From Chrysochromulina tobinii (lineage: Eukaryota): a stretch of DNA of 33,759 nucleotides. The stretch is from NCBI GenBank assembly GCA_001275005.1, contig JWZX01003293.1, positions 1 through 33,759 of the forward strand. The letters run 5' to 3'. Each line of letters starts with the position of its first letter. Within the stretch, counting starts at the first letter, position 1. Positions 32,008 through 33,759 of this stretch are shown piece after piece. The notes below the pieces were generated by a model. The model worked only from the letters and a program-made list of their open reading frames with translations. It had not been told where the DNA came from and ran no database searches. A program made the translations under genes and the position numbers.

Positions 32008-33685
32008 TCAGCGCATCACGTAGACCACCGAAGCTTCGGAATCAGGATCCTCGAACCCCTTGAGAGCGGCGCGGCGCGCACTCAGGCTGCCAAGGCGCGG
32101 CAGGCGCACCGCAGGCCGCATGCGCGCCGTCTCGGCGCCGGACGGGTGCGTTGTCTGGGACTGCGCCTGGTAAGGCAGCACGTCACGACGGCGGCGTGGC
32201 GTCTTGTTGTGCGGTAGCAGCGGTAGCAGCGGTAGCAGCGGTAGCAGCTGGGTGGGTGGCGGTGGGCGCGCCGTGTCGGGCTGTGGGTGCGCCGTGTTGG
32301 GCTGTGGGCGACCCCCCCTCGCGATCGGTGCGTTGACGCGGCGTTTGGGCTCGAGATTGCTCCGAGATCGAGATTGGCGTTTGGGCTCGAGAGTCCGTAA
32401 CGTCCCATGTGTGCCGGTGAGCGAGGCGAGCACGCCACCGCCGCTGCCACCACCTCTGCCTCGTGCAGCTGGAGGCATCAAATCCTCAGTGCTCATCTCG
32501 ACGCAGCGTCGAGAGCGTCGGGTCTCCTCCACATATTTGGCAAAGCGAGAGACCTCATCACCCTCGATGACGTGCGCCGCAGCCGCTGCCGGCGGCGGCG
32601 GCGGCAGTTCTGGAGGCGGCGCTGGAGGTGGCGCTAGAAGCGGCGCTGGAGGCGACGGCTGGCAACGCCCGACGAACCCTGGAGAGCTCCGATATTTCTC
32701 CGAGATTTCTCCGAGATTGAGATTGACGATCCCTGGAGAGCCGTCGCCTCCATCTCCGAGCATGAGCCCGAAATCTCCGAGATTGAGATTGCGCAGGCCG
32801 CCGCCCTGAACGGTGGCAGCGCTGAGACACTGCGGCAGCGGCGGTGGCAGCACGTCCGGCACGATCGAGGAGTGTTGGACGATTGGAGTGTCGATCATCT
32901 GAGGAACGAGGACTCTGCCTGAGCCGTACGCGGCACCATACGGCAGGGCTGCTGCGTACGGCGCGCCCTCGCCACCAAGGGGGAAGGGGTTGCGGGGCGC
33001 AGGCGGCGTCATGCGCGCGGCCATCACCGCCGCGCCATACGCCCCGGCGGAGGTGGAGTAGTAATGGTACCGTGAGAGCGTCTCATCCACGTAGGCCTCG
33101 CGATTCTCGGTCAGAGATTGGAAGTGGTCCTTGGGCAGATGATCGAGATTGGGCGGGAGATTGGGCGGGAGATTGGGCGGGAGATTGGGCGTGATCATGC
33201 CCGATGGCGAGCGATGTCGCCGTGGGACGGGCAGCACGTTCATGATCGCCTCGGCCAACGGCCGCTCGCGCGGCGTCAACTCGGTTGACAGGCGCCTCGC
33301 GCCACCGCTGGAGCGGAGTGACGAAGGGGGCGTGGGCCGTGTCTCGTGTATCTGCACCCGCAGCGGGTGAAGAGCCGTGCCGAGACCGCCGCCCTCGTAG
33401 ATCGAGAGATCTTCCTCAAGGCTGGCCACGCCTGCGGCCTTCCAGTGCGGACGATTGTCCCACTCCCCCCTCAGCCGCGCCAGTCGTTCCTCCTCTTCCT
33501 CCTTTGAGCGGATCCTCTCGCTCGCCAAGTGCGCCTTCTCTGCCGCAGCCGCCTCACGAGCCCGCGCAGCGGCTTCTCTTTGGGCGGCCTCGCGCGCGGC
33601 GGCGGCGGCGGCCCTCTCCTCGCGAAGCGCTTGGGCTTCGGCACGCCGTCTCTCATCCTCGTCGTCCGATGGCGTATGCGGCGGC

Positions 33686-33730
<45 letters not shown>

Positions 33731-33759
33731 AGCGGCGGCCTCTGCCGCCGTGGCGAAGT
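32008..33759 (-). CDS. Hypothetical Pro-rich protein, 5'-truncated by the window edge
   Basis: The frame is open from the last base of the window to the stop at 32008. It has poly-Pro, a charged coiled coil and NLPP repeats. Confidence 0.6.

Overview
This is a GC-rich, gene-dense eukaryotic nuclear region. It is most likely from a haptophyte alga (an inference from the short spliceosomal introns including a GC-AG intron, the bipartite plastid-targeting presequences and the composition). About 16 protein-coding genes can be modelled: an SLC43/FMP42-like MFS transporter, a tropomodulin-type LRR + EF-hand + polyproline protein with a 1-nt frameshift, a TMEM242-like protein, a PAP/fibrillin, an Sfi1-like protein, a catalytically degenerate PPi-PFK homologue, an RluA pseudouridine synthase, an OPA3-like protein, a tandem two-repeat CNBD K+ channel, GalE, two divergent mitochondrial carriers (one UCP-like), a DUF3119 plastid protein and three hypotheticals. 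I saw no rRNA, tRNA or CRISPR. The most striking pattern is in the introns. Six of the eleven modelled introns carry degenerate copies of their own flanking exon or splice-junction sequence, and one holds a 30/32-nt copy of its own spliced exon-exon junction. Most introns also carry sense-strand arrays of a CTGA(T/C)-containing 10-11-mer. This suggests intron birth or remodelling by local duplication. All gene models and family calls are by eye, without database searches or RNA data.
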